Source: Sedimentisphaerales bacterium
Lineage (GTDB): Bacteria; Planctomycetota; Phycisphaerae; Sedimentisphaerales; Anaerobacaceae
Assembly (NCBI GenBank): GCA_040772485.1
Contig: JAXGYC010000007.1
Location: 672,001 to 736,000, forward strand
Direction of reading: 5' to 3'
Length of the DNA: 64,000 nucleotides
Part shown: piece by piece, positions 10,571-19,994 of the stretch
Position numbering within the stretch: position 1 is the stretch's first letter
How the letters are laid out: every line of letters begins with the position of its first letter
The notes under the pieces: generated by a model
What the model saw: only the letters and a program-made list of their open reading frames with translations
What the model was told of the DNA's origin: nothing
Databases searched by the model: none
Position numbers and translations under genes: made by a program

Positions 10571-10645
10571 TCGGGGAGACAGGATTTGAACCTGCGACCT
10601 CTGCGTCCCGAACGCAGCGCTCTAGCCAAGCTGAGCTACTCCCCG
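10571..10645 (-). tRNA. tRNA-Pro, anticodon CGG (CCA not encoded)
   Basis: Reverse complement CGGGGAGTAGCTCAGCTTGGCTAGAGCGCTGCGTTCGGGACGCAGAGGTCGCAGGTTCAAATCCTGTCTCCCCGA folds as a cloverleaf. Confidence 0.97.
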
Positions 10646-10690
10646 GTCGTCGAAACGTGCAGTATAGCACGCCCCGCGAAGGACTGCAAG

Positions 10691-13051
10691 CTATAACAGG
10701 TCGACCGGGTCGATGTCAACAGCAATTTTCACCGCCGGGCGAATCGGGGGCGCCCCCCGCAGGCCGGCGAACAGCTTCCCCATGATCGCGGCGGTCGGCG
10801 CCTGGACCACGATCTGGAGACGGTGGAAGCGCTGAATTCGGCTGATGACCGCGGGCATCGGGCCGCGAACCTTCACCTGCAGGCCGTGGTGGACAACGAC
10901 CTCATCGATCCTCAGACGCATCTTGTTGGCGGCGGTCTCAAGACGATCGTACGTTTCGTCGCGCATCACGATCGTCGCCAGACGCCACAGCGGAGGCAGC
11001 GTGCAGATTTCGCGGTGCTTCATCTCCTCGCGGACGAATCCCTCGAAATCCTGCCGGAGGGCGAACTGGATCGTCGGCTGGTCGGGAAAGTACGTCTGGA
11101 CGAAGACGGTGCCATGCTTTTCCGAGCGTCCGGCCCGCCCGGCCACCTGCGAGATCAGTTGAAACGTCCGCTCGTTGGACCGAAAGTCCGGTAAATACAG
11201 GCAGGTATCGGCGCTGACGACGCCCACCAGCGTGACGTTGGGAAAATGCAGGCCCTTGGCGAGGATCTGGGTGCCCGCGAGAATGTCGATGCGACCCTGG
11301 CCGAATTCCTTCAGCAGCCGGTAGTAGTCCTGGCTGGCCATGGAATCGCTGTCGACCCGGCGGACCCGGGCTTGGGGGAATCTCGTCGCCAGCTCTTCTT
11401 CGAGCCGCTGTGAGCCCAGGCCGATCATGGTCATCGCTTTGCCGCACACGGGGCAGTTGCGGGGCACCAGCGTCTGGGCCAGACAGTGGTGACAGATCGC
11501 GTAGCCGAAGTCCATGTGCCGGCCGGTAACGGTCTTCATGGGCGCCGTCGAACGCTGGGTCTTGTGGAAGGTCAGCGCCGCGTCGCAGTTGCGGCATTGC
11601 AGCGTATGTTTGCAGGATGGACAGAAGACGAAGTTGCTGTAGCCTCGTCGATTCAGCAGCAGGATCGCCTGTTCCTTCCGCGCCAGCGTCTCGGCCAGAT
11701 GCTTTGCCAGAGCCTGACTGAGCAGGTCCTGCCGGTCGGCGACGGCGTCGCGTGCCCGCATATCCACGAGCTTCATCTCGGGCATCGGCAGGTCCATCAC
11801 CCGCTTGGGAAGGCGGACCAGCGTGAAGCTGGATTTGGTTCGGCTGTTGTGAAGGCTCTCCAGCGAAGGCGTGGCGCTGCCGAGGATACAGTGCGCGCCG
11901 GCCAGTTGGGCCCGCTTGATCGCCACGTCGCGCCCATGGTAGCGCGGGAGGGCGTCCTGCTTGTAGCTCGGCTCGTGCTCCTCGTCGACGACAACGATGC
12001 CGAGATTGGGCAGCGGCGCAAAGACCGCCGAGCGGGCGCCGATCACGACGTCGGTCTCGCCGCCTCGGACCTTCTGCCATTGGACGTTGCGCTGGCCGGC
12101 GGTCAGACCCGAGTGCATTACCGCGATCCGCGCAAACCGCGCGCTGAACCGCTGCACGGTCTGCGCGGTCAGAGCGATCTCGGGCAGCAGCACAATGGCC
12201 GCCTTGCCCTTTTTGAGGACCATTTCGATCGCGCGGATATACAGCTCCGTCTTGCCGCTGTCGGTGACACCGTGCAGGAGTGTGACGCCGAATCGGCCGG
12301 AGGCAATCTGCTGTGCGATCTGTGCGAGCCCCTGCTGCTGGTCGGCGTTCAGAATGACTTCGTGCTCGGGATTCGCCATCGACTCGGGCACCGCCGGCAG
12401 CGCGCTGAGGACCTTCTTCACTGCGACCTTGACGACGCCCTTCTCGGCCAGTCGTTTGACCGTCGACGACTGGCAATCGACCGCTGCGACCAGCTCGTCC
12501 AGCTCGACCGCGGAGTCAACCGTCAGTGCTTCACGCTCGCTCAGGAAACTGACGATCTGCTTCTGCTTAGCGCTGCGAAGTTCGGCGGCGATCTCCTGAG
12601 CCCGCGCGACCAGATACACGCATCGCTGCTTCTTGACACCGGCCGCCCGTTTGACCGCACCGGGCACCATCGCCGCGAGCACCTGGCCCAGCGGACAGAC
12701 GTAATAGTCGCCGATCCACCGCGCCAGCTCCATCAGATCGGGGCCGAGCAGAGGCTCCTCATCGAGAACGCGGGCGACCCGCTTGAGACGGACCTGCCGG
12801 CTCCCGCCGTCGAAGGCCCTCTCGGGCGCAACGTCCGACTCGACGCAGAAGCCCACCTCGGGCTTGTTGCCCCTGCCGAACGGGACCTCGACGCGACGCC
12901 CGACTTCGATGGGCCAGAGCGCATCGGGCGCGAGGTAGTCGAACTCCGTGTCCGCCGCCGACGCCAGGGCCACCCGGATGATGTGGGTCCCCGCCGGCTC
13001 GGGCGGTTCCTGGGAGGCGAACAGGTTCAACGTCGCGCCGCTCTTACTCAC
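10691..13051 (-). CDS. priA: Primosomal protein N' (replication restart helicase)
   Basis: GVTDSGKT, DEEHE, SAT motifs; four CxxC zinc pairs; QVAGRAGR; C-terminal DIDP. Likely GTG start 13051. Confidence 0.96.
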   Translation of the reverse strand: MSKSGATLNLFASQEPPEPAGTHIIRVALASAADTEFDYLAPDALWPIEVGRRVEVPFGRGNKPEVGFCVESDVAPERAFDGGSRQVRLKRVARVLDEEPLLGPDLMELARWIGDYYVCPLGQVLAAMVPGAVKRAAGVKKQRCVYLVARAQEIAAELRSAKQKQIVSFLSEREALTVDSAVELDELVAAVDCQSSTVKRLAEKGVVKVAVKKVLSALPAVPESMANPEHEVILNADQQQGLAQIAQQIASGRFGVTLLHGVTDSGKTELYIRAIEMVLKKGKAAIVLLPEIALTAQTVQRFSARFARIAVMHSGLTAGQRNVQWQKVRGGETDVVIGARSAVFAPLPNLGIVVVDEEHEPSYKQDALPRYHGRDVAIKRAQLAGAHCILGSATPSLESLHNSRTKSSFTLVRLPKRVMDLPMPEMKLVDMRARDAVADRQDLLSQALAKHLAETLARKEQAILLLNRRGYSNFVFCPSCKHTLQCRNCDAALTFHKTQRSTAPMKTVTGRHMDFGYAICHHCLAQTLVPRNCPVCGKAMTMIGLGSQRLEEELATRFPQARVRRVDSDSMASQDYYRLLKEFGQGRIDILAGTQILAKGLHFPNVTLVGVVSADTCLYLPDFRSNERTFQLISQVAGRAGRSEKHGTVFVQTYFPDQPTIQFALRQDFEGFVREEMKHREICTLPPLWRLATIVMRDETYDRLETAANKMRLRIDEVVVHHGLQVKVRGPMPAVISRIQRFHRLQIVVQAPTAAIMGKLFAGLRGAPPIRPAVKIAVDIDPVDLL

Positions 13052-14039
13052 CGTTTGTCGCCTCCTTCTCTCCCGGAGGTGGTGCCAGCGTTTCGATCGC
13101 CACGTCGGCAATCACCATTGCATGGTCCGAATGTCGCGTTCGGCGCAGCTCGGTTCGCACGGGAACAATACCTTCGGACACCCAGACATGGTCCAGCGCG
13201 AGCACCGGAAAGAATGCAGGCCACGTCGTGATCAGACCAGTCCCGGACCGCTCAAAGGTGTGTCGGAAGGACCGCCGAAGCTCCTCGAACCGGATCGACG
13301 TGTGGGGCGTGTTGAAGTCGCCCAGTACGACCACAGGGTGTCGTTGGGCGCCGACGATCGCGTCAATTTGCTGAAACGCGATTCTGCGGCGATGACAGTA
13401 CGCGCTCTCCACATCCACAGCGACAACCGACACAGTTCCGCCCGGCAGGACCAAATCGCATTCGGCAATCCTCGTCGCCGTACCCACGGTCGTGCAGCGC
13501 ACATTGGCAATCGGGTATTTCGACAACAGCGCAATCTGGCCAGCGGACAGACTGACATGGTGCTCGGGAAAATGCGCCTCCCAAAAGCGCCGCCGGGCCG
13601 CCGCGTGATCGCCCGTTTCTACGAGGAACAGGACCTGCGCGTCGGCTTCCTGCAAAACCCGAACGAACGATTCGTCGGTCAGTGAGGGACGAGCCAGATT
13701 CCACAGCACCACGCGCAGCGAATCACCCACCGGCACAGCGGAACGGGCCCACACGAAATCCGTCTGAACCCAGGCCGCCAGAGCGAGCACCACGAGGATC
13801 CCCGACGCCGCCGCGCGACACCGTTTGTGAGGTCGGCGAAAACTCAGTCCCAACGACACGGTGAACAGCACCACTGCCACCAACGGAGGCAGCGCATAAA
13901 AGACCGCCGCCAGTGCCGCCACATGGTCCCGCACGATATAGCGCATCGACAATCCCAGGACGCCGGCCGCTAAACAGGTCCACGCCAGCACATCCAGAAC
14001 GCGATGGACCCGTTTTTTTGTCGTCGAAGGCTCCTTCAC
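13044..14039 (-). CDS. Membrane-anchored endonuclease/exonuclease/phosphatase family protein
   Basis: Three N-terminal TM segments; VLWN, GDFN, LDHVW, SDH. Confidence 0.82.
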   Translation of the reverse strand: MKEPSTTKKRVHRVLDVLAWTCLAAGVLGLSMRYIVRDHVAALAAVFYALPPLVAVVLFTVSLGLSFRRPHKRCRAAASGILVVLALAAWVQTDFVWARSAVPVGDSLRVVLWNLARPSLTDESFVRVLQEADAQVLFLVETGDHAAARRRFWEAHFPEHHVSLSAGQIALLSKYPIANVRCTTVGTATRIAECDLVLPGGTVSVVAVDVESAYCHRRRIAFQQIDAIVGAQRHPVVVLGDFNTPHTSIRFEELRRSFRHTFERSGTGLITTWPAFFPVLALDHVWVSEGIVPVRTELRRTRHSDHAMVIADVAIETLAPPPGEKEATNGE

Positions 14040-14458
14040 GACTGGTATACCCCCTCGCTGCGCCGGCGTTGCGATTTCTCGCTGATGACGCTGGCGTCGA
14101 GCACATCGAGGCCGATCCGCGCGATCAGCGTCCGGAGGTAGGGCAGGTGCGGGCACGGTGGCGCGTGGAAGTTGTCATTGGTGATACAGGAGGACAGTTG
14201 CACGACGATCTGCTCTTTGGTCAGGCCTTCCTTCTTGCCGATCGTCCGGAGCAGCAGCGTGAGTTTTCGATGCAGGGCGCGTCCGCAGCAGCCGCCGCAG
14301 GTCATCGAGAGCATCCGGTACTCCTGGTCTTTGGGATACGGCGCGAAGCCGTCGGTCCGCTCGTGGAAGGCTTTCTCGCAAAGGTAACCAGGACAGCGTT
14401 CCTTGACGATGTGACACTGCACCAGGACGATGTATCGCTTCGCCGCCAAGTCGATCAT
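14036..14458 (-). CDS. CGGC-domain (putative metal-binding) protein
   Basis: CPGYLC, TCGGCCG, LSSC, PCP. Confidence 0.85.
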   Translation of the reverse strand: MIDLAAKRYIVLVQCHIVKERCPGYLCEKAFHERTDGFAPYPKDQEYRMLSMTCGGCCGRALHRKLTLLLRTIGKKEGLTKEQIVVQLSSCITNDNFHAPPCPHLPYLRTLIARIGLDVLDASVISEKSQRRRSEGVYQS

Positions 14459-14467
14459 ATCAGCTTC

Positions 14468-15688
14468 TCACAATTGGAATCGCTCCGTGGCAAGGCCACA
14501 GATGTGGTCGCCGATGGCCAGACAGGCGGTAGCGGCCGGCGACGGCGCATTCAATACGTGAATCGCGTTCTTCGTTGCCTCGATCTTGAAGTCGTCCACC
14601 AGCTCGCCTCGGGGACCCAGGGCCTGGGCGCGGATGCCGGCGTTGCCGGGCTGAAGGTTTTCGGCCGTCAGCGAGGGCACCAGCCGTTGGAGCTGCTTGA
14701 CCAGCCGCTTCTTCGAGAACGTGCGGACACACTCGCCCAGCCCATAGCGCCAATGGCGAAGGAACAGCCGCCAGGTGCCCCGGTACGACAGGGCGTCCCA
14801 CGTGTCGCTCAGGCTGAAATCCGTCTTGCCGTAGCCTTCCCTCTTGAAGGAGAAGACCGCGCTGGGACCGCACTCCACGCCGCCGGAAAGCATGCGCGTG
14901 AAGTGCACACCCAGGAACGGGAAGGCCGGATCGGGCACGGGATAGACGAGATTCCTCACCTTCGTCGCGGCTTCCGGGCTCAAATCGCTGTAGTCCCCAC
15001 GAAATGGGACGATCCTGACACCCGGATCGACGCGGTCCATCCAGGCGATCCGGTCGGACTGCAGACCGGCGCAGTTGACGACGTATCGCGTGCTGACCTG
15101 CCCGCGAGAGGTCCTGATGTTCAGGTAGAAATCGTGCCTGTCGAAGGACTCGACCCGGTGCTCGTTGAGGACCTTGTTCTCCGGCCGGTGCTCACAGAGC
15201 AGTTCGGCCAACTGCTCGGCCACCGCGACGAAGTCGATGATCCCAGCGCTGGGGACGTGAAGGCCCGCGATGCCGGCGACCGAGGGCTCGATCTGCTTGA
15301 TCCGCTCGGGGCCGATTTTCTGGAGCCCTTCGACACCGTTGGCCAGGCCGTTCTGGAGGATTCGTTCCATCGCGGGCAACTCGCGCGGATCGGTGGCGAC
15401 GATGATCTTGCCGCAGATGTCATGCGGGATCTTGTGTTGCCGGGCGAAGGCGATCAGCTCCTTGCGTCCGGCGGCGCAGGTCCTGGCCTTGGCGGAGCCG
15501 GGCTTGTAGTAGAGGCCCGAGTGAATCACGCCGGAGTTGCGCCCGCTCTGGTGGCTCGCCAGCCGGTCCTCCTTCTCCAGCACCGCCACACGGACCTGCG
15601 GATGCCTCTGCGCGATCTTGTACGCCGAGGCCAGTCCGACGATACCGCCTCCGATGATGACAATGTCGAAATCCGTTTCCGGTCGCAT
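14468..15688 (-). CDS. lhgO: L-2-hydroxyglutarate oxidase
   Basis: GGGIVG FAD motif, HQSGRNSGVIHSG, YPVPDPAFPFLGVHFT, NAPSPAAT. Confidence 0.9.
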   Translation of the reverse strand: MRPETDFDIVIIGGGIVGLASAYKIAQRHPQVRVAVLEKEDRLASHQSGRNSGVIHSGLYYKPGSAKARTCAAGRKELIAFARQHKIPHDICGKIIVATDPRELPAMERILQNGLANGVEGLQKIGPERIKQIEPSVAGIAGLHVPSAGIIDFVAVAEQLAELLCEHRPENKVLNEHRVESFDRHDFYLNIRTSRGQVSTRYVVNCAGLQSDRIAWMDRVDPGVRIVPFRGDYSDLSPEAATKVRNLVYPVPDPAFPFLGVHFTRMLSGGVECGPSAVFSFKREGYGKTDFSLSDTWDALSYRGTWRLFLRHWRYGLGECVRTFSKKRLVKQLQRLVPSLTAENLQPGNAGIRAQALGPRGELVDDFKIEATKNAIHVLNAPSPAATACLAIGDHICGLATERFQL

Positions 15689-15905
15689 GCCTGCCCGTTC
15701 ATGGTCTGCCAATCACAACGCCACCCACACCATACCCGGACCGCCCCCACCCGTCAACGCGCAACGTTCGTATGGGACCATGGCAATGCAGCATCAGCTC
15801 ACATACGTCAAGAGAGGTGGAAGGCCCTCATCTCCCCAATTCTGGCCAGACGATGAAGAACCAGACATGTGATCCGGCCAAGGTCTTGGAGATTCTTCAG
15901 TAAGT

Positions 15906-17120
15906 TCACCCCTCGCCGCCAAGGACCAGCTTGTGCCAGTCGGGAAAGACGCCCCTGCGCAGGATGCATCTCGCTACCTCGGCACAGAGATCCTGTCCTC
16001 GCTCAAAAAGTCGTGGTAGGGACTCCTCCCTAGTCGGGGCTTCGCATTTCCCGCTGTGTACTGCCTGGCAACGACAATCATATATGCTGTTGAGCGTTCG
16101 CTCGATCTTGATCCTCTCCTTCGCGCTCTTGGCGAGTAACCAGGCGCCGCGAAGCCTGAATGGAAATGCTATCTGGTCATGTTTAGATCGATCGTGTAGC
16201 AGAAGAATCTCCATCGCAATTCCCAGATCGATAGCCTTATCAATGGCGTTGAACCGTCTCTTGGAGCGATTTAGCCGATCCAGGGATGTTAGCAAGGTCT
16301 CCTGATCCCTATGCTCAAGGCGCAGAAACTGCTTCGAGAGCATAGAGGCATCCGAGCAGTCGTCATCTGTCATTTTGTGCAATGGCAGAGACTCTGTGGC
16401 CACCAGCGTGCCGCCTACCCCACAGGACAGAAGGTCACGACATGGCACCCACTCCTCGATGTCTACCCAAGAGCAGAACGCCATCGGAGTACTACGGCCT
16501 ACGAGAGTGAGGACGGAACAGACCTGGCGCAACATACTCATTTCATCGGGGGACACTCGATCGTCGGTGGCGTCGCAGGTCTTCGGGCTTATGCGTATCT
16601 GCTTGACCAACGCCGCTTTCGGACGCAAAGATTCGCCTCGCTGAGGTGCCATGAAGGGAGCCTGCTCCGAAGCCGCCGCAATAGAGTCCGCCATGTCTTT
16701 GGACAGGCTCTGCGGAACAGCGTCATATGGAATGAGGCGAATATCATCGGTGATATCGGTCTCCTGCGTTGTCTCAATTCCGCGCACAGCAAGCACGGCA
16801 TACGCAGGAGTATGATCGAGATCGAGAAACCGCTGCAGTTCAGCAGCAGTCTGGTTCGGCCCAACCTTAGACGCCCGATGAAGAAGGTGCATTGCGAGAA
16901 CCTCACGGGAGATTCGTACTGCACCCCAGAAACCAAAACTAAACATCGTCCGATCGAAGCAAGTCAAATCACCAGTGCCAGAGAGAAACTGCGTAAGCTG
17001 GCGCTGTATACTCTCATCTCTACATGCAGGTCTGCTACCCAAGTGAGAAGGGGTTGGCTCGGTCGTTATGCCAGCTTCCAACGCGCGTTGAAGAACATCT
17101 GTTAGCACATCCTTGTCCAC
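15906..17120 (-). CDS. HEPN-domain protein (ApeA/MAE_28990-like C-terminal HEPN)
   Basis: IDLGIAMEILL...FRLRGAWLL...IYDCRCQAVHSG (Rx4H). Many A/T-ending codons compared with neighbours. Start is GTG 17120 after GAGGT, or ATG 17210. Confidence 0.75.
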   Translation of the reverse strand: MDKDVLTDVLQRALEAGITTEPTPSHLGSRPACRDESIQRQLTQFLSGTGDLTCFDRTMFSFGFWGAVRISREVLAMHLLHRASKVGPNQTAAELQRFLDLDHTPAYAVLAVRGIETTQETDITDDIRLIPYDAVPQSLSKDMADSIAAASEQAPFMAPQRGESLRPKAALVKQIRISPKTCDATDDRVSPDEMSMLRQVCSVLTLVGRSTPMAFCSWVDIEEWVPCRDLLSCGVGGTLVATESLPLHKMTDDDCSDASMLSKQFLRLEHRDQETLLTSLDRLNRSKRRFNAIDKAIDLGIAMEILLLHDRSKHDQIAFPFRLRGAWLLAKSAKERIKIERTLNSIYDCRCQAVHSGKCEAPTREESLPRLFERGQDLCAEVARCILRRGVFPDWHKLVLGGEG

Positions 17121-17206
17121 GTGGAATACCTCATGCCAAGACCAAGAATTCACCGGACGTCGCATCCGGTTCGATGGCAAGATCACAGAAGAGCCATAAA
17201 ACAGGC

Positions 17207-17464
17207 TCATCTCTTGACTAGCAAGTTGTACTCGGCATGGGTGCCGATCCAGAACCAGACGAGGTCCTCGTCCTGCTCAACGGCCAGGGCGCGATGATGG
17301 AGCCCCACTCGGGCGGACCAGAAACGGCCAACCTTCTTGAGGTGAGCCGAAGGATGCCTGGGGTCCTGCTTCATCAGCGTGAAGACGGCGCACGCCGTTT
17401 GCTGAACGTTGGCAGGCAGCTTGTCCAGACACCGCCGGAAATTGGGAGTCGCCCGGTGTCTCAC
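17207..17464 (-). CDS. ParE/RelE-like toxin
   Basis: DPRHPS.H.KKVGRFWSARVG...RAL...WFWIGTHAEY; its GTG start overlaps the antitoxin stop (GTGA). Confidence 0.8.
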   Translation of the reverse strand: MRHRATPNFRRCLDKLPANVQQTACAVFTLMKQDPRHPSAHLKKVGRFWSARVGLHHRALAVEQDEDLVWFWIGTHAEYNLLVKR

Positions 17465-17661
17465 AGGTCGGTGCACCGGCCCTCGCGGAGATCGCCGAGG
17501 GCTTCGTCGGCCAGGTGGTCCAGCCGTCCCGCGGCCACGTCGGCTTCCATCTCGCGATCCCACGCTTCGGCATCGAATTGGGCAAACCAAGCCCGCAACG
17601 CCTCCAGTTCAGACGGCTTCAGAGACCGGATCGCTTCTACGATTTCCCGTACAGAACTCAT
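17461..17661 (-). CDS. Cognate antitoxin (66 aa, acidic)
   Basis: WDREMEADVAAGRLDHLADEAL pattern; directly upstream of and coupled to the toxin. Confidence 0.78.
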   Translation of the reverse strand: MSSVREIVEAIRSLKPSELEALRAWFAQFDAEAWDREMEADVAAGRLDHLADEALGDLREGRCTDL

Positions 17662-17667
17662 ACTCAC

Positions 17668-17696
17668 ATTATACTCCTCGCGGCGGCCATCCGCAA
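17668..17696 (-). promoter_or_regulatory. Sigma70-type promoter of the TA operon, probably leaderless
   Basis: TTGCGG-N17-TATAAT-N6-ATG on the minus strand. Confidence 0.6.
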
Positions 17697-17706
17697 GACG
17701 CACGTG

Positions 17707-18378
17707 CTACATGGCGGGGACGTCTTCGACGTAGAGGTGGCCGGTCGGGCCGATCTTGAAAACGTAGATCAGGCCTTCGCGGAGCTGGGAGTAGATGACG
17801 TTGCCGTAGATGGCCTTGATGCCGTATTGAGCCAGGGCCTCGGGGTCGTGGGCGAGATCCCAGATGTGGGACCAGAACAGGTCGCGCTGGTCGGCGGGAA
17901 GGAGCTTGAGCAGGTCGGCGTAGCGTTTGGGCTCGCTGCCCATCGTCTCGATGGGCAACCCCTCTTCCGGGGCCATCTTCTCGCCGTAGACGCGACGCCA
18001 GATGTACAAGGCGCGGGCCTTGCCGTCCATGACCATCTGGTCCGTGAACTTGACGATCAGAGCGTCGAAGTGGATCACATCGCCTTCGATCGTGTACTCT
18101 TTCTGGAGGATCGTCCGGGTTTTGTCCTCGCGGCTGGTCTCGACGAACCGCAGGGTCGTCAGGAGGCGCCCATCGGTCTCCGTGCGCTGGGAGATCACCT
18201 TAGCATAGCCGATCTGATCCTCGGCGGTCAGGTTGGTGATAGCTCCCTTGAGCTGCTGGTTCTCGGTGAGCAGATCGTGGATCGTCATCGCGCCCCGGAA
18301 GAACCCGCGGCCGAAGAACGCGGCCGCCCCCAGGGCTACCAGGACCACGCCGCCGGATAGTACGCTCAGTTTTCTCAA
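17707..18378 (-). CDS. Hypothetical protein, N-terminal membrane anchor and short coiled coil
   Basis: Native codon usage; hydrophobic N-terminus; no family recognised. Confidence 0.7.
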   Translation of the reverse strand: MRKLSVLSGGVVLVALGAAAFFGRGFFRGAMTIHDLLTENQQLKGAITNLTAEDQIGYAKVISQRTETDGRLLTTLRFVETSREDKTRTILQKEYTIEGDVIHFDALIVKFTDQMVMDGKARALYIWRRVYGEKMAPEEGLPIETMGSEPKRYADLLKLLPADQRDLFWSHIWDLAHDPEALAQYGIKAIYGNVIYSQLREGLIYVFKIGPTGHLYVEDVPAM

Positions 18379-18618
18379 TGTAATGCACCTCGAATTACCT
18401 GCTATAAGCAGGATATACGAACGGCTTCAGTTGACTGTTTCATCGGCTTGTGGTGGGCAATCTCTCCATTTTTCAGGCCCGATAAGCCACATCGCAGCCG
18501 AGAACACGTTTGAAGCTACCATACGCCCGTCCCCGTGGCAACTGCAAGCTGCGGTCGTTCTGATGCATCCTATCGCGATATCCGGCCGCATCGCTATGGA
18601 TGCAAGGCGGGCCGGCGT

Positions 18619-18648
18619 TTGACAGCCGCCGGAGAATACGGATATAAT
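18619..18648 (+). promoter_or_regulatory. Sigma70-type promoter
   Basis: TTGACA-N18-TATAAT upstream of the DUF362/Dus genes. Confidence 0.65.
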
Positions 18649-18734
18649 GAAGGTTTTGCAGGCCTGTTGACGATCACCAGGCACGACTTGAGGCACAACC
18701 TGAATCCCCGGAAAGTGCCCTTGCCGCGACGATT

Positions 18735-19967
18735 ATGTTAGCACACAATCCACTCTTGGAGTCAGTCACGCGTCCGTCGGTCCAGGTCGCCCACGGCCAG
18801 GGGCCGTACGCCAACACGCGAGCAGCCCTGGCGGGCCTGAACCTGTCGCCCGTGCGAGGCAAGCGCGTGCTGCTCAAGCCCAACGTCGGGCGGGTGGCGA
18901 CGCCGGGCGAGGGGATTACCACACATCCGGACGTCGTTGCGGCCGCCATCGATGCGCTGGCCGAAGCGGGTGCGGATGTGGCCGTCGGCGAGAGCCCGAT
19001 TACCGGCGTCGACGCTATGGAGGCGTTCGTCACGTCCGGGATCGCAGATGTTGCCCGGAAACGCGGTTGCGGCCTGATCGACATGGACCGTCGTCCGCCC
19101 GTCGAGCTGCCTATCGAGCGGGGCGTGGCGCTGCACGAGCTCAAGCTCTGCGCCGACGTGTGCGACTACGACCTAGTCGTCTCGATCCCGGTGATGAAGA
19201 TGCACATGCACACGGGGGTGACGCTGGCGGTCAAAAACATGAAGGGCTGCCTCTGGCGGCGCAGCAAGGTGCAACTGCACATGCTGCCGCCCGTCGAAGG
19301 CAGCGACGAGAAACCGATCAACATCGCGATCGCCGACATGGCGTCGGTGCTGCGTCCGCACCTGGCCATCATCGACGGGACGGTAGGCATGGAGGGGCTG
19401 GGACCCAGCGCGGGTGAGGCCAAGGTGATGGACACCGTGGTCGCCGGCGCGGACGCCTTTGCGGCCGATGCGGTGGCGTGCCGGCTCATGGGGACGACTG
19501 CCGAGACCATTCCCCACCTGGCGATCGGGGCCGCGCGGGGCTACGGCGTCATCGATCTAGCCGCAATCTCCGTGACGCCCGACCACTGGCAGGAGTGGAT
19601 CAATCCGTTTGCCGCGCCGGCGGTCAACCTGACTATCGAGTTCCCCAACGTCACGGTCTTCGACAGGAACTCCTGCAGCGCGTGCCAGTCCACCGTGCTG
19701 CTGTTCCTGAAGGGGTATCGAGACCAGTTGTTCGACTACTTCCCGTCCTGGCGGCATTTGAACATCGCCATCGGCAAAGGGAATGCGGACCTCCCCGAGG
19801 GGACCCTTTGCATCGGCAACTGCGCCGCCCGATGCGGGCAGGACGGCCAATACGTGCCTGGATGCCCGCCGGTCACCAGTGAGATCCTCAAGACTCTGAC
19901 CGGCAAGCCGTCCATCGACAGCCGGGACGGACGCAGTCCCAAGGCAAACAGACCAGGCCTGCCATAG
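18735..19967 (+). CDS. DUF362-domain protein with C-terminal Fe-S motif
   Basis: VLLKPN, TTHP, VGES, KMH, TLAVKNMKG, IIDG; C-terminal CSAC...GNCA...GCPP. Confidence 0.82.
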   Translation: MLAHNPLLESVTRPSVQVAHGQGPYANTRAALAGLNLSPVRGKRVLLKPNVGRVATPGEGITTHPDVVAAAIDALAEAGADVAVGESPITGVDAMEAFVTSGIADVARKRGCGLIDMDRRPPVELPIERGVALHELKLCADVCDYDLVVSIPVMKMHMHTGVTLAVKNMKGCLWRRSKVQLHMLPPVEGSDEKPINIAIADMASVLRPHLAIIDGTVGMEGLGPSAGEAKVMDTVVAGADAFAADAVACRLMGTTAETIPHLAIGAARGYGVIDLAAISVTPDHWQEWINPFAAPAVNLTIEFPNVTVFDRNSCSACQSTVLLFLKGYRDQLFDYFPSWRHLNIAIGKGNADLPEGTLCIGNCAARCGQDGQYVPGCPPVTSEILKTLTGKPSIDSRDGRSPKANRPGLP

Positions 19968-19994
19968 TCGCCGCTGAACCGCCGCGAAAACACT

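Noticed and set aside
15853..15903. Short ORF MKNQTCDPAKVLEILQ, faintly like a GatB/YqeY C-terminus
   Set aside because: Too short to support; at most a junction remnant.
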